A model generated the notes under the pieces. The model had not been told where the DNA came from. It made no database searches and saw only the letters and a program-made list of their open reading frames with translations. From Candidatus Algichlamydia australiensis (GTDB lineage: Bacteria; Chlamydiota; Chlamydiia; Chlamydiales; JAJFMI01): DNA of 64,000 nucleotides. Position 1 is the first letter of the stretch. Each line of letters starts with the position of its first letter. The position numbers were made by a program, and so were the translations under genes. The stretch covers positions 1-64,000 of the forward strand of contig JAXCHI010000003.1 of assembly GCA_033977065.1 (NCBI GenBank), given 5' to 3'. Shown one piece after another: positions 19,816 through 30,560 of this stretch.

Positions 19816-21012
19816 TTAGCTATTTGTAATCTTGCAAATCTCTGCTCCCACCACCACGAAAGAGAGAGCTAATACAATAATTACAGCAGTAAACCATTTC
19901 TTTTTCTCAGCCAATGATTTCATTTTTAGCATCATAAGACCAGGAAAAATGCCAAAAAGAATAATTGCTAGGATGCCCCCACCAATCTCCAACAACTGAA
20001 AAAAGATGTTGGGATTGTTGATGGCAATTGCAAGGGCAGGCGCAAATACAAGAATACCAATAATAGTGCGACTCGGTCGCAATCTAATTCGATTTAAACC
20101 ATCCTGAATAAAGTCATGCAAACTCAACGTTTGAGCTAGCAAAGAAGTAACAATGGCAAAAAACGCAAAGCCCTCAAGAACAAGAGAAAAGTGAGAACTT
20201 TTCAAAATTTGACTCAAAGCCTCTGAAGCAATCTGCCCTGACTCATAACAAACAACAATACTTACAGGCCCTGTATAAGGAACAAGAGAAAGAAAGTGCG
20301 TTAGCCACACAACATACACAACAAAAGGAAGCATTGCCCCAACGATAATTGCCCTTCTAACTTTCTGCTTATCTCGCCCAAGATAGGAATTCAAACTTGG
20401 AAGAAGATTATGAAAACCAAAACTAATCACTAAAAAAGAAAAAGTCGGAATAGAATATCCCCAGTCCATCCTCTGAATAAACGAAAAATCCCTAACCTGA
20501 TTCCCTAAAAAAGTTAAATAGAGAAAAGTAACCGCCAAACCAACCATAAACACCTTATTAAGCGAATCGATCAGCTGAATTCCTCTCACAACCAGGAAGA
20601 ATGTAACTAAAGCCAACAAAACCGGACCCGTGCAACCAGGAACAGTAGCAACCTTTTCAAGAGCCTGCTGCACAAGCCCCCCACCCTTAACCAAATACGC
20701 AATCACCAGACTCAAAAAAAGGCTAATGAAACTCAAAAAAACAACCCATTCTCCAACAGGACCAAGAATTTTCCTGGTTAGCGATAGAAAGTTTGAGCAT
20801 TCAGGATGAGCTTGCATTACCCGATGAATAAAGAAAGCAGTAGTGACCATGAAAAGCCAAGCGACCACAAAAAATACAAACGAAGGAACAAAACCGCTCA
20901 TTCCAGCAATAACAGGAAGAGCAAACATGCCCCCACCAATACAGCCCCCTCCAATTAAGAGCGCTCCGCCCAAATAAGTCCCAGACTCATCACGTACTAA
21001 AATACTTTCCAT
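19816..21012 (-). CDS. Aromatic amino acid permease (TyrP/Mtr, HAAAP family)
   Basis: GGALLIGGGCIGGGMFALP, SFGFHNLLPS and FAIVTS motifs; about 11 TM. Confidence 0.88.
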   Translation of the reverse strand: MESILVRDESGTYLGGALLIGGGCIGGGMFALPVIAGMSGFVPSFVFFVVAWLFMVTTAFFIHRVMQAHPECSNFLSLTRKILGPVGEWVVFLSFISLFLSLVIAYLVKGGGLVQQALEKVATVPGCTGPVLLALVTFFLVVRGIQLIDSLNKVFMVGLAVTFLYLTFLGNQVRDFSFIQRMDWGYSIPTFSFLVISFGFHNLLPSLNSYLGRDKQKVRRAIIVGAMLPFVVYVVWLTHFLSLVPYTGPVSIVVCYESGQIASEALSQILKSSHFSLVLEGFAFFAIVTSLLAQTLSLHDFIQDGLNRIRLRPSRTIIGILVFAPALAIAINNPNIFFQLLEIGGGILAIILFGIFPGLMMLKMKSLAEKKKWFTAVIIVLALSFVVVGAEICKITNS

Positions 21013-21236
21013 AAGCCAGCCATGATACAGCTTTAGGATTTATCGAAGCAATTTTTTCACTCACCACGAGCCGTCAACTGAAAAAACGACTTTCTTTATT
21101 CTGCCTCTCTAGTTTCTTGATAAGATTTGTTGATCAAAAACTCCCAGCTTCACGTCATCCATACAAACCCATCTCTTGTAAAAAAAGTTTTCATGGATTA
21201 GTCTGAAAGCGCCTTTTAAACTTGAGGAGGTGTGAG

Positions 21237-21557
21237 ATGAAAAAGCTAATTTATGCATTTGCTTTTCTATCAATAATTTTTGGAAGTTCAGTTTGTGCAA
21301 GCGAAAACTTAGGGGCAAGAAGAAAAATCTACGTAGACCTAAGTGAACTTAAAATAGATGAGGATAGAATAATGCTTCGGCAAGAGGCCTTCGGAGTACA
21401 AATTGCCCTTAACGCATTAAGAAGCGATTCCGGTACAGGATTTTATTACTATGAAAATGAAGATGAAAAATGGATATGTCCAGGGTGCCATACTGAGCAT
21501 AACGGATCTTACACAGGAGTTCCTTGCTCTGTTTGCGGTTTCCCGATTTGGAATTAA
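21237..21557 (+). CDS. Small exported protein with C-terminal zinc-ribbon-like motif
   Basis: GAGGAGG RBS before ATG 21237; signal peptide; WICPGC...CSVCG. Confidence 0.75.
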   Translation: MKKLIYAFAFLSIIFGSSVCASENLGARRKIYVDLSELKIDEDRIMLRQEAFGVQIALNALRSDSGTGFYYYENEDEKWICPGCHTEHNGSYTGVPCSVCGFPIWN

Positions 21558-22362
21558 TCTTTTCATTTTAGCTAGCTTAGTGCTAACAAGTTTTTCGTGT
21601 GAGGCAGTCTCACACGAAAAGCTTAGAGAAACTCTTGCTCAAATACCAGCAGATGAAAGAAAAGAATTAGAGTCCTTTTTCCGAGGAATGATCTCCCGTG
21701 GGGATTTTTCTGCCGTACTATTAGACGAGAAACCTTCTTCTTTACACGGTATTTGTTGGTGGTTCATCCACTCAAGCAAAGGAGGAACTCCCTCATTATT
21801 AATGTATCGAGGGTGGGAAATTTGGAAGAGGTATGAACATCTTTTTCCAATGAAAAATTTTTCTTTTGTTGATAATGGATACCAAAAAGGGGGTTATGAA
21901 TTTTGGTTTACCAGAAAAAAATTTGAAAAAGACATTTTGCTCTTCTCTGAAAACAAAAACACACCTAATATAATGTATCATAAAACACTGGGTAAGCTAC
22001 TAGGCATTAAAAAAGAGGATATCGAGGGGTTTTGTGAAGAAATCATACTAGAGGCAGCATTAGAGTTTTTCCCTTTTGAAGTTAAACCTAGAACATTTAG
22101 AAATGCCTCCAGCGTTTCGATAGTCGAATATCCCTCCAACTACTTTGAGAATACAAATGAAAAATTACAGGACCTCAAAAAGAGTTATGCACTAAGACCC
22201 ATATGCACTCCAGAGGTTCCCTTCTTCCCAATGTTAATTCATCAATATAGGTCATCATTAAGAGAGCTAGAAGAAAAGTCTAATTGGAAGAAAAAGGTAG
22301 CAAATTTGTACAACAGCGACAATTTCTTAGAAGAGATACTTTATTTACTTACAGAAAAATGA
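21451..22362 (+). CDS. Hypothetical exported protein (true start probably about 30 codons downstream)
   Basis: Signal-like INLFILASLVLTSFSCEA; coupled by ATGA to the next gene. Confidence 0.65.
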   Translation: MKMKMKNGYVQGAILSITDLTQEFLALFAVSRFGINLFILASLVLTSFSCEAVSHEKLRETLAQIPADERKELESFFRGMISRGDFSAVLLDEKPSSLHGICWWFIHSSKGGTPSLLMYRGWEIWKRYEHLFPMKNFSFVDNGYQKGGYEFWFTRKKFEKDILLFSENKNTPNIMYHKTLGKLLGIKKEDIEGFCEEIILEAALEFFPFEVKPRTFRNASSVSIVEYPSNYFENTNEKLQDLKKSYALRPICTPEVPFFPMLIHQYRSSLRELEEKSNWKKKVANLYNSDNFLEEILYLLTEK

Positions 22363-23078
22363 AAACAAAAGACATTATTTATTTATTTCTGGGATTAATA
22401 AGCGGTATTCTTATAACCCACAATTGGGAGTTAATCAATAAAACTAAAGTGAACAAAGCGAATGAAGCGCTTGGAAATATGCTCTATCAAGAACTGCAAA
22501 AATTTCCTAAGGAATGGGAGCTTGAACAAATCTTTCATGTAATGAAAGACTTAGAAAGTGGAAAGCACTCTCAGCTAGATACAAACGAGCAAGAAAAATT
22601 ACTACTTAAGTTAGCTTCGAAAAAAGCTGATGAACGAGCAAAAAAGAATCTAGCAGAAGCAGAAACCTTTCTTTCACATCTCCCAGCGATACATTCTGTA
22701 ATCGATCAAAAAGTCTATTTTGAAATAATAAAAGAAGGAAAAGGAGACACTATTCTCCAAACAAAAGACAAAGTATCCGTTTGTTTTAAACAATTTGGAA
22801 TTGATGGCAAAATATTAAAAGATACCGGTGAAAAATCTTTTGTTATTCCCATGTCCCAAATGATCAAGGGGTTTCAAATTGGAATGGAAGGAGCAAAAGT
22901 AGGTGAAATAAGGAAAATTTACATACATCCTGATTATGGTTTTGGAAAGATTGGACGGGGTCAAGAACCAAACCAGCTTTTGATATACGAAGTTCAAGTC
23001 ACCGGAATAGAACCAGCATTTGGCCAATCGATTACAAAAACACAAACGAAGGAACAAAGCCGCTCATTCCAGCAATAA
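22359..23078 (+). CDS. FKBP-type peptidyl-prolyl isomerase (Mip-like)
   Basis: EIIKEGKG, MIKGFQIGMEG, GEIRKIYIHPDYGFG, PNQLLIYEV; N-terminal anchor and long helix. Confidence 0.9.
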   Translation: MKTKDIIYLFLGLISGILITHNWELINKTKVNKANEALGNMLYQELQKFPKEWELEQIFHVMKDLESGKHSQLDTNEQEKLLLKLASKKADERAKKNLAEAETFLSHLPAIHSVIDQKVYFEIIKEGKGDTILQTKDKVSVCFKQFGIDGKILKDTGEKSFVIPMSQMIKGFQIGMEGAKVGEIRKIYIHPDYGFGKIGRGQEPNQLLIYEVQVTGIEPAFGQSITKTQTKEQSRSFQQ

Positions 23079-23233
23079 TAGAAAGAGCAAATATGCCCCC
23101 ACCAATACAGCCCCTCCCAAATAAGTCCCAGACTCATCACGTACTAAAACACTTTCCATAGGCCCAACATAATACAGCCTTAGAAGTTATCGAAGCAATT
23201 TTTTCACCCTTTTGAAAACACTTACTGAAAAAA
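23023..23233 (-). repeat. Degenerate duplicate of the 5' end and upstream region of the aromatic amino acid permease gene
   Basis: Aligns to ~20855-21087 with a short internal deletion; shared CCCAAATAAGTCCCAGACTCATCACGTACTAAAA. Confidence 0.9.
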
Positions 23234-23336
23234 CCCACCTTTCGCTAACTCAGCTTACTTGACAAGATTTTTTATTGAGTAGTCAAAAATTGAGTGGTAT
23301 GTTGAAATTTAAATAATTAATAGTATTTGAGGTAAA

Positions 23337-24587
23337 ATGGGTCATGCGTCAGAAGCTCTGGCAGACAAGCACCAAAACTGGTGGCATCTAAGTAGCATTC
23401 AGCTTGCAGGTGGAGTTATAAGCCTGCCTTTTATTCTTATTGGATTCCAAGTATTTTCTATACATGGTACAACTGCTGCCACACTATATATTATTTTTGC
23501 TAATCTTATTGGACTGATTATCAGTTATTTTTTTGTAATTATGTCCGAATCTAAACGCTTAAATGCTGTTGAGAATATAAAACAATTCACAGGTAGTCTT
23601 GCAGGTAGACTTGCTGCATTTTTTATTCTTGTAGATACAATTGGATGGATAGCCTTAGGCCTATTCGATGGGCAAAAATATCTACAAAACTACGAAATTT
23701 TCTCAGGATTTTCAATTGCTCTTATTACAGGTGCAGCTGGTTCATTAGTATTACTTGGTGGTATTAAAGGTTTAAAAAAAATTTCAGTTTCAACCATTAT
23801 TCCTCTGATTGTATTTGCTTCTTTTATTATTTCTTCAGTGATGACAAAAACAACAACCCTTGGAATTCCTCCCAAGACAGAGAACCATTTTTTTGGTGTT
23901 TCAGGAATTTCAATTGTTCTTGCTTCATCAATTGCTGCTATCATCGACTACCCAACTTTCTTTCGGCATAGCCAATCTAGAAAAAATTCCGTAATTGCAT
24001 TGCTTCTTGTGTTCCTGTTCACTTCATTAATTCAAATCGCGGGGGTGTTTTTATTTAAAGAATTAAATAATGAAAACTCGATCATAAAATTATTAGTTAG
24101 CGACAAATACATTTCTTTTGTTTTAATCATGTTTTTAATAGTTTCCATGATAACAACAACCTCTTGGAACGCTTATGCCGCTTCAGTTGGTTGGGAATCT
24201 CTATTTCCAGTATTTAAAGACAAAACAGAATACGCCGTTATCGGTCTTGTAGTTGCAGTTATACTTGGGGTACCACAGATCGAGCAGTTTATTCTTTCTA
24301 TTACAATTTTAGTTAATTCAGTTCTCAGTGCCTTAGGAGGCGTAATAGTATTTCAATTTATTAATAAAACCGGAAAAATCTTTCCCAGGAATCACCTAAA
24401 TAAAAAAAATGACAAGATTTGGAATAATTTTAGTTGGTTCTTTTCTTCGATAATAGGAATGCTGTCTTTTTTTGATATTTTTACATTAAAAATAGACGCA
24501 ACAATTGCAACCCTAGTTTTTGGGTTCTTGTTTTCCCTTCTCGCAGATCAAACTCGGCAGATATATGGGTGGCTCGTAAATAGATAA
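23337..24587 (+). CDS. Cytosine/purine permease-like (NCS1/APC superfamily) transporter
   Basis: About 11-12 TM; DYPTFFRHSQS resembles the NCS1 D-F-x-R-Y motif; TTTSWNAYAAS. Confidence 0.6.
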   Translation: MGHASEALADKHQNWWHLSSIQLAGGVISLPFILIGFQVFSIHGTTAATLYIIFANLIGLIISYFFVIMSESKRLNAVENIKQFTGSLAGRLAAFFILVDTIGWIALGLFDGQKYLQNYEIFSGFSIALITGAAGSLVLLGGIKGLKKISVSTIIPLIVFASFIISSVMTKTTTLGIPPKTENHFFGVSGISIVLASSIAAIIDYPTFFRHSQSRKNSVIALLLVFLFTSLIQIAGVFLFKELNNENSIIKLLVSDKYISFVLIMFLIVSMITTTSWNAYAASVGWESLFPVFKDKTEYAVIGLVVAVILGVPQIEQFILSITILVNSVLSALGGVIVFQFINKTGKIFPRNHLNKKNDKIWNNFSWFFSSIIGMLSFFDIFTLKIDATIATLVFGFLFSLLADQTRQIYGWLVNR

Positions 24588-25838
24588 TGCTTGTGTATCA
24601 GTGTCATCCACAAACACATGAACCGTACAAAATTCATGGGGATCATCTATCGAATATCCTTTCATTTTTTTTAACCTAGATATCTCCCTGCATACTTTGT
24701 CTTCTACATATTTTATATTTTCAACTTTTAAAGACTTAGGATATTGTGGGTATGTAACTTCATGGGCAAATATTATCTCCGATAAATTTTTATTGGAGAA
24801 ATATTTCCTCAAAGCATTACATTGAAAAACTTCAGGATTATCAACGCTTCGGCATCCTGAGAACAAATATGTTGGTTTTGTAGATTTAATTAATTCTTGT
24901 TTTATCGATTTTATTGTTTTATCTTCTTGCACTTCGTAGTAAACAGTAAACCGACTTAAGTAATTATTTGATTTGGAGATCAAATTTACTTGTAACCCTA
25001 TTAGAGCACCTGGAATGTTTGTTAATAGACAATAAATAACTTTGAGGCTAAATAAACTTGGTAAACATAATCGAGAATGGGAGTCTTTTACAACAAATTC
25101 ATCTTTGATATAACCCTGCCAATCTTGCAAATCATCTGAAATAAATTCAGCCTGAAATTGTAATCTTCTCACATTTTCCAAAGAGATTATTCTTTGCCAA
25201 TGTTTAATTAATTTAATAGTTGATTTTTTAGATAAACTACAGCCATTTTTAACATCATACTTAAGGAACAACTTTTTATAATCAATTTCTTCAAAGTTGT
25301 CTGAGTTCATGCTTTTTGAAATTGTACAACCAAAGCACATCGTAAGGAATAAGGTATCGGCATTTAAATAGAGCTCTAGCTCATTCAAAATTAAAAACTC
25401 CTTAAATTGTATAGTTAAAGGAAATTTTAAATTAACCGATTTTAGCGATTGTTTTACTTTACTCTTTAGTTTTTTAATTCTTAGATATTCGCTAAAAATT
25501 AGATCCTGAAACTCCTTATTTCTTTGCATTTTTTCAGCAAGGAAAAAAATATGGTAAGAAACTATATAACAAGAATTGTTTCCAATAAGAGCATCAAATG
25601 ACCTATATTTATTATCAATAAAGTGCTCTATAGCTTCTTCCATAATTGTGAGGGACAGAAGGTATATATTTAAGCATGACTTTAATGAATCTGCGTGAGC
25701 TAATATTTGGTTCAAACAACTACTTGATACTAGTGTTTCACTGACAGAACATTGTGAACTTTTTGCAAAAAAAAGGTCACTAAATACAAGATTCGCAGGT
25801 CTACTGGCTATTTTTTCACAGCAATAATTAGTCAGCAT
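24513..25838 (-). CDS. Hypothetical protein (AT-rich)
   Basis: 441-aa ORF convergent with the permease and overlapping its 3' end. Confidence 0.7.
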   Translation of the reverse strand: MLTNYCCEKIASRPANLVFSDLFFAKSSQCSVSETLVSSSCLNQILAHADSLKSCLNIYLLSLTIMEEAIEHFIDNKYRSFDALIGNNSCYIVSYHIFFLAEKMQRNKEFQDLIFSEYLRIKKLKSKVKQSLKSVNLKFPLTIQFKEFLILNELELYLNADTLFLTMCFGCTISKSMNSDNFEEIDYKKLFLKYDVKNGCSLSKKSTIKLIKHWQRIISLENVRRLQFQAEFISDDLQDWQGYIKDEFVVKDSHSRLCLPSLFSLKVIYCLLTNIPGALIGLQVNLISKSNNYLSRFTVYYEVQEDKTIKSIKQELIKSTKPTYLFSGCRSVDNPEVFQCNALRKYFSNKNLSEIIFAHEVTYPQYPKSLKVENIKYVEDKVCREISRLKKMKGYSIDDPHEFCTVHVFVDDTDTQALSIYEPPIYLPSLICEKGKQEPKN

Positions 25839-26011
25839 TATGCAGTTCCTCTATTCTTGGGTTCCCTTACTAGCGCATTTTGCGGAAACTTTCCACAACA
25901 TTTTACAGTGAATAAAATTAATTGTCAAAATGGAATTCTTATTCTACTTTTCGGAATTTTTAAAATAAGTTTTAATATGTATATTTTTTTTAAATCAGCT
26001 CGCAATAAAAT

Positions 26012-27526
26012 CTATACTAAAAGAGACAACTGTTCCTCTTCTTCTTGTGGGGTATTTTGTGCTATGTAGCTTTCAAGATTGCTTTGTGTAAATTCCGCTT
26101 TTTCTTCCCATCTGTCTCTAACGTCATCAGGCACTAATTTGCAAAACTTAGCGTACTCGATCAAAGATGAACTTTGAACAACTCTAGATAAGTGATCAAT
26201 CCTATGATTGATTTTCATTAAAGCTTTTTCATCTTCTTTTCCAAAAAAAGCTAGGTGTTTTTCCATCAGATCATCTACTAAGTTTAGAAGAAGAAACCCA
26301 ATTGCTACATCAAATGCTATAGGATTTGCAATTTTCATATAATCTTCTAAATATCCATCAAAATTATCATTTGCTAACTCAACTTGTGGTGCAAAAGAAA
26401 AAACACTAACCAATAACGCAGATAGTTTTAGCGCATATGTTAACTTTGGCCGATATCGAGCTCCCCAACTTTGTGGTAGCTTGCCTTTCAAAAGATTTGC
26501 TCCAATTTCAAAAAAGCCTTCCGTTGATTCCATGATCAGCTTTGTTAACAAATAAGCACTACTCCCACCTACAAAACCTCCTGCAGAAGCACTTACTAAA
26601 AAATTGGTTACTAGATAAGCGCTACTTTCATTTAGAACTGCTTCAGAAACAAAGTTTTCTACAATACCATCCATTAAGTAATCAGCAAAATTATAACCAA
26701 TAGCAGCGTTCATCAGGATTGCTGTTCCTGATAATATTATCCCCCCACCTTGTGCGACTCTTTTTGAGTACTTTCTTAGTTTTCCGGGTTCTTCTAATTC
26801 TTTAATGGGATTTCTTGTAATTAGCTCAATTAAATTACTTGCTTTTTCTTGCGTGGAATCAAGTTCTTTTAATCCATTAAAATTTGCAACATATGCTTCA
26901 ATTACTCTGTCGTCCTTGTCTAACAAGCAATTACGGTTTTCTTGAATCAGTCGAAGAAGGTTTTTCTTTGATGCTAAAAGATGTTTTTCATATTCAGTTT
27001 TAAGGTATTTTTGCTGCTGAGATTTGAATGTTAGGTTAAGAGAGTGCGCAGGTATCCATATGTCTGTAAAAGCTGCTAATAGTGCAAATCCAATGCTGTT
27101 ATTGTTATAGAAATAACCCATGTAGACGTGAGGAACAACTGAAAAACATGCCACCCCAAAAGATGTTACTCGAAGCATTAAATCAACGAGCCTAGACGAC
27201 TTAGAATTCAATATACTCTTTTCTTCAGAAGAAATGGGCCTTATAATTTCATTTCCCATACTTCCCATAGCCCAAGCATCCACAACTCCCCAGGCTGCGC
27301 AGTTATCTAATGCTAGCGCCCAACCAATTACTTTGTGATCTCCTGCTAGTGATCTAGATACATTTAAGAATGCTGTCTGGCCAATAACAATTAGTGAAAC
27401 AGATGAAGCTGTTACTGCTACTCTTACGAATTTGTGTCGTGAAGACTCATCTGGTTGCTGACCTTGAATAATTCTCTCGTCAAGGAATCTCAAAATAGCG
27501 GGATCTGCTTCTCTATTAATCATCAT
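26012..27526 (-). CDS. Hypothetical multi-pass membrane protein
   Basis: Two hydrophobic blocks separated by a soluble helical region. Confidence 0.7.
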   Translation of the reverse strand: MMINREADPAILRFLDERIIQGQQPDESSRHKFVRVAVTASSVSLIVIGQTAFLNVSRSLAGDHKVIGWALALDNCAAWGVVDAWAMGSMGNEIIRPISSEEKSILNSKSSRLVDLMLRVTSFGVACFSVVPHVYMGYFYNNNSIGFALLAAFTDIWIPAHSLNLTFKSQQQKYLKTEYEKHLLASKKNLLRLIQENRNCLLDKDDRVIEAYVANFNGLKELDSTQEKASNLIELITRNPIKELEEPGKLRKYSKRVAQGGGIILSGTAILMNAAIGYNFADYLMDGIVENFVSEAVLNESSAYLVTNFLVSASAGGFVGGSSAYLLTKLIMESTEGFFEIGANLLKGKLPQSWGARYRPKLTYALKLSALLVSVFSFAPQVELANDNFDGYLEDYMKIANPIAFDVAIGFLLLNLVDDLMEKHLAFFGKEDEKALMKINHRIDHLSRVVQSSSLIEYAKFCKLVPDDVRDRWEEKAEFTQSNLESYIAQNTPQEEEEQLSLLV

Positions 27527-27819
27527 GATAAAACCTTAAAAAGATTCTACCAAAACAGAAAGAAATTATCAATTAAATATTTACTTTTCGATTTATTTTT
27601 ATCTTATTATTCTGCAAAGCACTGTTAATGAATTACTTAATTGTTACGAGGCTTAAAAACTTGATGTGACTATAGCTTTTGCATTGAAGGTCTTTATTAC
27701 TTGACTTGGCGGCAGGGATTCATTCTTGATATTGCAAAAACAAAATTCTAACTGGTTAGCTGTAAGCATGGACAATAGCAGGATAAGTTTTTCAAAAACG
27801 ATCGTCTTCAAGTCTATTC

Positions 27820-28119
27820 TTAAGAACTGGTTGATTTGATTATGAGATAAATACCTATTCCTAGAGTAGTTACTACATATGGATATACAGGATTAATCTT
27901 CTTTTTCATACAATACTCAATTGTAATAGCAGCAGCTGTAAAAATACTAATCAGCCCGAAGGTAACATCTGTATTTAAAAAGAGCGGCCACCTGGAAGAT
28001 TGTAGAGTAAGCAAAATAACAGGGATGAAAATATAATTTACTTCTCTTTTCTTGAACCACTTGTAAAAAATCCAAAGAGAGCCGAGGATAATAATTATAA
28101 ACTCAACCATATCAATCAT
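27820..28119 (-). CDS. Putative membrane immunity protein of the mini-Rhs
   Basis: Overlaps the mini-Rhs stop; 99 aa with about 4 TM. Confidence 0.6.
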   Translation of the reverse strand: MIDMVEFIIIILGSLWIFYKWFKKREVNYIFIPVILLTLQSSRWPLFLNTDVTFGLISIFTAAAITIEYCMKKKINPVYPYVVTTLGIGIYLIIKSTSS

Positions 28120-29343
28120 TTTTCTTTTTTTTCTCTTTATCTTCTTGTTCTTTTTCGTAACCTTTATTGTATTCTTTTGCCGATTCGATAAAAGATGTAG
28201 TTGCTTGATATGCTTCTGCTACAGCAAGCGGAGGGCATTCTAATGCTGCTACTCCAGAACCTATCGAATGCGCCACAGCTTCTACTAAGGCTTTTTTTGC
28301 ATTATCGTAATGCTCTTGTGCTTCTTCAGAGCTCCTACCATCAGGATCAAAGTAATAAAAGGGGTTGTTCAAGCAATACTGGTATAGATCATTTGACTCA
28401 AATAAAGGGTCTTCCGTAAGCCATTTTCTTATTTTAGGAGAATAAAACCTTGCTCCATAATAGACGAGGCCTGTATCTGAGTCGTAATGCTTGCCAGAGA
28501 AAATCCAAGGAGAGGGCGAATCTTCTGAAAGGCCATCTCCAAAGGGATCAGGTTTTTTCAGAGAAATCATTTTTTGAGATTCAATATCAATGAGTTTAAC
28601 GATATTCCCTTGTATGTCATGAATAGGAGCGTAAATAGCATTTTCAGTTTCGATAGCAACAGGCCTTAAAACACCTTTACGAAAAGGGAGTCCAGGAATG
28701 CGGAGTTGCTTAACTCGGTCTTCTCCATCAAGAATGGCTATCTCGTTCGCTCCGAAATAGATATATTTTTCAGTTTCACCTTCAATTGTTTTTGTTATAC
28801 GTTTTCCGCTTTTATCGTAAGTGTATGTTACAGTAAGATGATTGACTTGAGATTCAACTAGCCTATCATTTATGTCATATTCAAAATAGGAATGATCACC
28901 TATTTGTACGATATTTCCTTGATCGTTTACAACAAACGCATCTGATTCGATATTTGTTTGAAGGGCATTTTCTTCATCATACTCGTATTCTTTCAAAGCA
29001 CCGTCTTGCACTCGTTTAATTTAAGATTATGTTGATCATCGTACTCGCAAGTTTCAATACCAAAAGGGGTATGAATTAAGCAGTCATTATCGTAATACAC
29101 TTGCCCGAGATTCCCAATAAGATTTTCAGAAAGAAGCTTACCACTACTATCATACTCATAAGAATGCGAATAAATAATTTTTCCTTCAGGAGAAACCCTG
29201 CTAATAAGTGATAAGCAGTCATCATCGTAAAAGTAATGAACGCTGCCTAGTTGCCCCAAGGAAAGGACTACCTTGTCTGCCAAAAGTGATCCCAAAAGAA
29301 ACAATGAAAAAAGGAAAATTTTTTTCACAGCATGCATCTCCAC
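28112..29343 (-). pseudogene. Mini-Rhs toxin gene frameshifted near 29020
   Basis: 28993..29343 has a signal peptide and YD repeats. 28112..29011 has the core (GLVYYGARFYSP...NNPFYYFDPDG). The frames join at CTTAAATTAAACGAGTGCAA. Confidence 0.8.
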
Positions 29344-29568
29344 CTATTCGCAAGACATGTTAATATTAACATGAGAGAATTGTCAAGAGAAAGTAAATAT
29401 ACGAACACTAATAAATCTGAAATAGGTTCAAGGTAACGCCAAAAGTTGTGGATTGAGCACTCATTGCAGCTCACCAAAATAGGCGAGAAAGTTCTCTCTG
29501 TTTGAGTCCCAAGAATGTACCCTAAAATACTGTTTGGAGAACTGTACTTGAGATGTTAAGGTTGTATT

Positions 29569-30186
29569 CTATTTTTTTCTACTTATCTTACGAAAACGAG
29601 CTTCTAACAAGTCTGTTATTGGCTTGACGAACTCCTCAGCACTATATTGATCTTTTCGACAGAATGCTTGCAGCTTTTTCTGCGCATGGGATGCGTTGTT
29701 TGCTACTTCTTCACTAAGTTGGGGAATGACATATGCATATAGCCTTTGCGGCCATGAGTGGTCTAGGCACGCATAAACATAATCTCCATCAACAATCTCT
29801 CCAAGTAAATCGATTAGAAATATTTGAGTGTTTAATGAGACGGGCTTTTCAGCATGCGGAGGCAAAGACATCAAAATTTCCATTTTATCCTTTAGTGTAT
29901 CACATTTTTTGATCGCCTCATCCAGTTCATCTAACTTGTAATTACCAAAAAAGCTTTGGTACCTTTCTTTGGCTTTTTCTAGAGCTTCTAAAGCTTGTTC
30001 AAGGTTAAATTCCCAAAATTCTTTATTAGGATGGGGATAAAATTGGATGACAAATTCATGATCTTCGTTTGAAATCTCTGCCCAGTACTCTCCCTTATAA
30101 TGAATTTCTGCTACGATATTCTCTCTATCGGGCATATCGCATATAACAATTTCAAAACCTTTCATTTGTTTGGCTCCAATATGCAT
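29569..30186 (-). CDS. Putative orphan immunity protein
   Basis: Downstream of a toxin-immunity pair; acidic N-domain PDRENIVAEIHYKGEYWAEIS. Confidence 0.55.
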   Translation of the reverse strand: MHIGAKQMKGFEIVICDMPDRENIVAEIHYKGEYWAEISNEDHEFVIQFYPHPNKEFWEFNLEQALEALEKAKERYQSFFGNYKLDELDEAIKKCDTLKDKMEILMSLPPHAEKPVSLNTQIFLIDLLGEIVDGDYVYACLDHSWPQRLYAYVIPQLSEEVANNASHAQKKLQAFCRKDQYSAEEFVKPITDLLEARFRKISRKK

Positions 30187-30304
30187 ATCATTTTTCCTGC
30201 TTCTAGCATTTTTTCTGTACTGGCAAAGACCTCTATTCTCCTCTTAGAAATTTGAGGCAAAAACTCATGTACGCCATCACAACCCTCTTTGACGGTCATT
30301 AAAC

Positions 30305-30547
30305 CTAAAGCAGATCTTTATCTGGGTTTATATCAGCAAGGCCAATATCACCCTCACTTAAATCAAAAAATGGTGCATGATTTTTCATAGTTGAAATCAC
30401 TTGATAATAAGCCATAAGATAACCGTTATTAAAATCTGGTGAATCCTCTTCCTTTGGATTGTCGGCTTCTGCTTTTGCTTTTTTAGCGTAATCTTTAAGC
30501 AGGCTAGCTATTTCCCCTATATAATACTCAAATTTTTTACTGCTCAT
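30305..30547 (-). CDS. Putative cognate immunity protein of the TPR toxin
   Basis: 80-aa acidic helical ORF 13 nt after the toxin stop. Confidence 0.7.
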   Translation of the reverse strand: MSSKKFEYYIGEIASLLKDYAKKAKAEADNPKEEDSPDFNNGYLMAYYQVISTMKNHAPFFDLSEGDIGLADINPDKDLL

Positions 30548-30560
30548 AATATTGGTACTG

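Noticed and set aside
29400..29560. Possible oriC (TGTGGATTG DnaA-box-like site near the apparent skew change)
   Set aside because: Single imperfect box, no cluster, and no origin-associated genes.
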